From positions 1-55,492 of the forward strand of contig JAITOA010000006.1 of the NCBI GenBank assembly GCA_031290195.1: DNA of 55,492 nt. The letters are read 5' to 3'. A model generated the notes under the pieces. It made no database searches and was not told the DNA's origin. It saw only the letters and a program-made list of their open reading frames with translations. This DNA is from Puniceicoccales bacterium (GTDB lineage: Bacteria; Verrucomicrobiota; Verrucomicrobiia; Opitutales; JAIRLM01). The position numbers and the translations under genes were made by a program. Below are positions 54,950 through 55,492 of the stretch, piece after piece; the stretch's first letter is position 1; every line of letters begins with the position of its first letter.

Positions 54950-55492
54950 CCCCCGTACCTTGCCCTATTAAACGCTGAAACAGCAAACCCCATAGTGCCT
55001 GGAGTATGTTTAAAATCTCTTCGCAGGGCAAGAAAATTAAATCCGGAGGTCAATCCATCAGGTGCTTTCAAAAGGTCTTCTAATATTTCTAAGCCAAAAG
55101 CGTCTATTCGGCAGCAGATGCCTTTGGATGTATTCCATTGCGCGGAAATGGTCTTCCGGCTTTAGGGTTCCCCGGTTAACGCAGGCGGTAAGCTTCGCCG
55201 ACACTCGGGCCGTAAAGACATCAACGGCTTCCTGCGTTGCCATCACGAGAGGGTCGCCCGATCTGAATTTTGGTAAGATTGCCTTAACTACGTTTATTAC
55301 CAGTAACGCCGGTCCTTTGCCATCGCGCATATACCATGAATTTTCTCTGGGTTCCCTGTGATTACCAACAATTACACCCCGATGGAAAAAGTCTAAAAAC
55401 CTAAATTTATGGCCACCATGGCAATCGTAACCACCGCTTTGGCAACGGCCCAGACGCGAAACCTGGAAAAATTTTCACCCACAAGTTTTTTC

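Noticed and set aside
54203-55165. 320-aa and 199-aa plus-strand ORFs opposite the 471-aa gene
   Set aside because: Their composition is typical of antisense shadows, and the minus-strand ORF is longer and more protein-like.

Overview
The window comes from a bacterial genome using genetic code 11. It is Verrucomicrobiota, most likely Opitutia/Puniceicoccales-like, based on the EUB338-III 16S signature, the PVC-type RpoB basic insert, the absence of L30 and an Opitutia/Planctomycetes-type EF-Tu switch I. Bases 1-~971 are the 5' part of a minus-strand 16S rRNA gene. Bases 1771-31891 are the tRNA-Thr/tuf/tRNA-Trp/secE/nusG/rplKAJL/rpoBC/str/S10/spc/alpha superoperon. Bases 32.1-39.0 kb hold housekeeping genes: HU, ispF, ispE, an atypical OmpR-family regulator, smpB, rpoZ, an M23 peptidase, a degenerate pyrimidine-nucleoside phosphorylase and an ABC ATPase. 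The most striking region is the visibly AT-richer minus-strand operon at 39003-48389. It looks like a type III secretion translocon locus (SycD/LcrH chaperone, SctE-like and SctB-like translocators) preceded by four paralogous Bsp22/EspA-like filament/tip proteins. These paralogues share N- and C-terminal polymerisation-type helices, but two carry large unrelated inserts, and the operon is driven by a sigma70-like promoter with a palindromic operator. Upstream are an Amuc_1101/1100/1099-like type IV pilus gene trio lacking its secretin, tRNA-Ala, a GT2 glycosyltransferase and a candidate effector with a WEK-like motif. All family assignments come from motif recognition by eye; no database searches were run.
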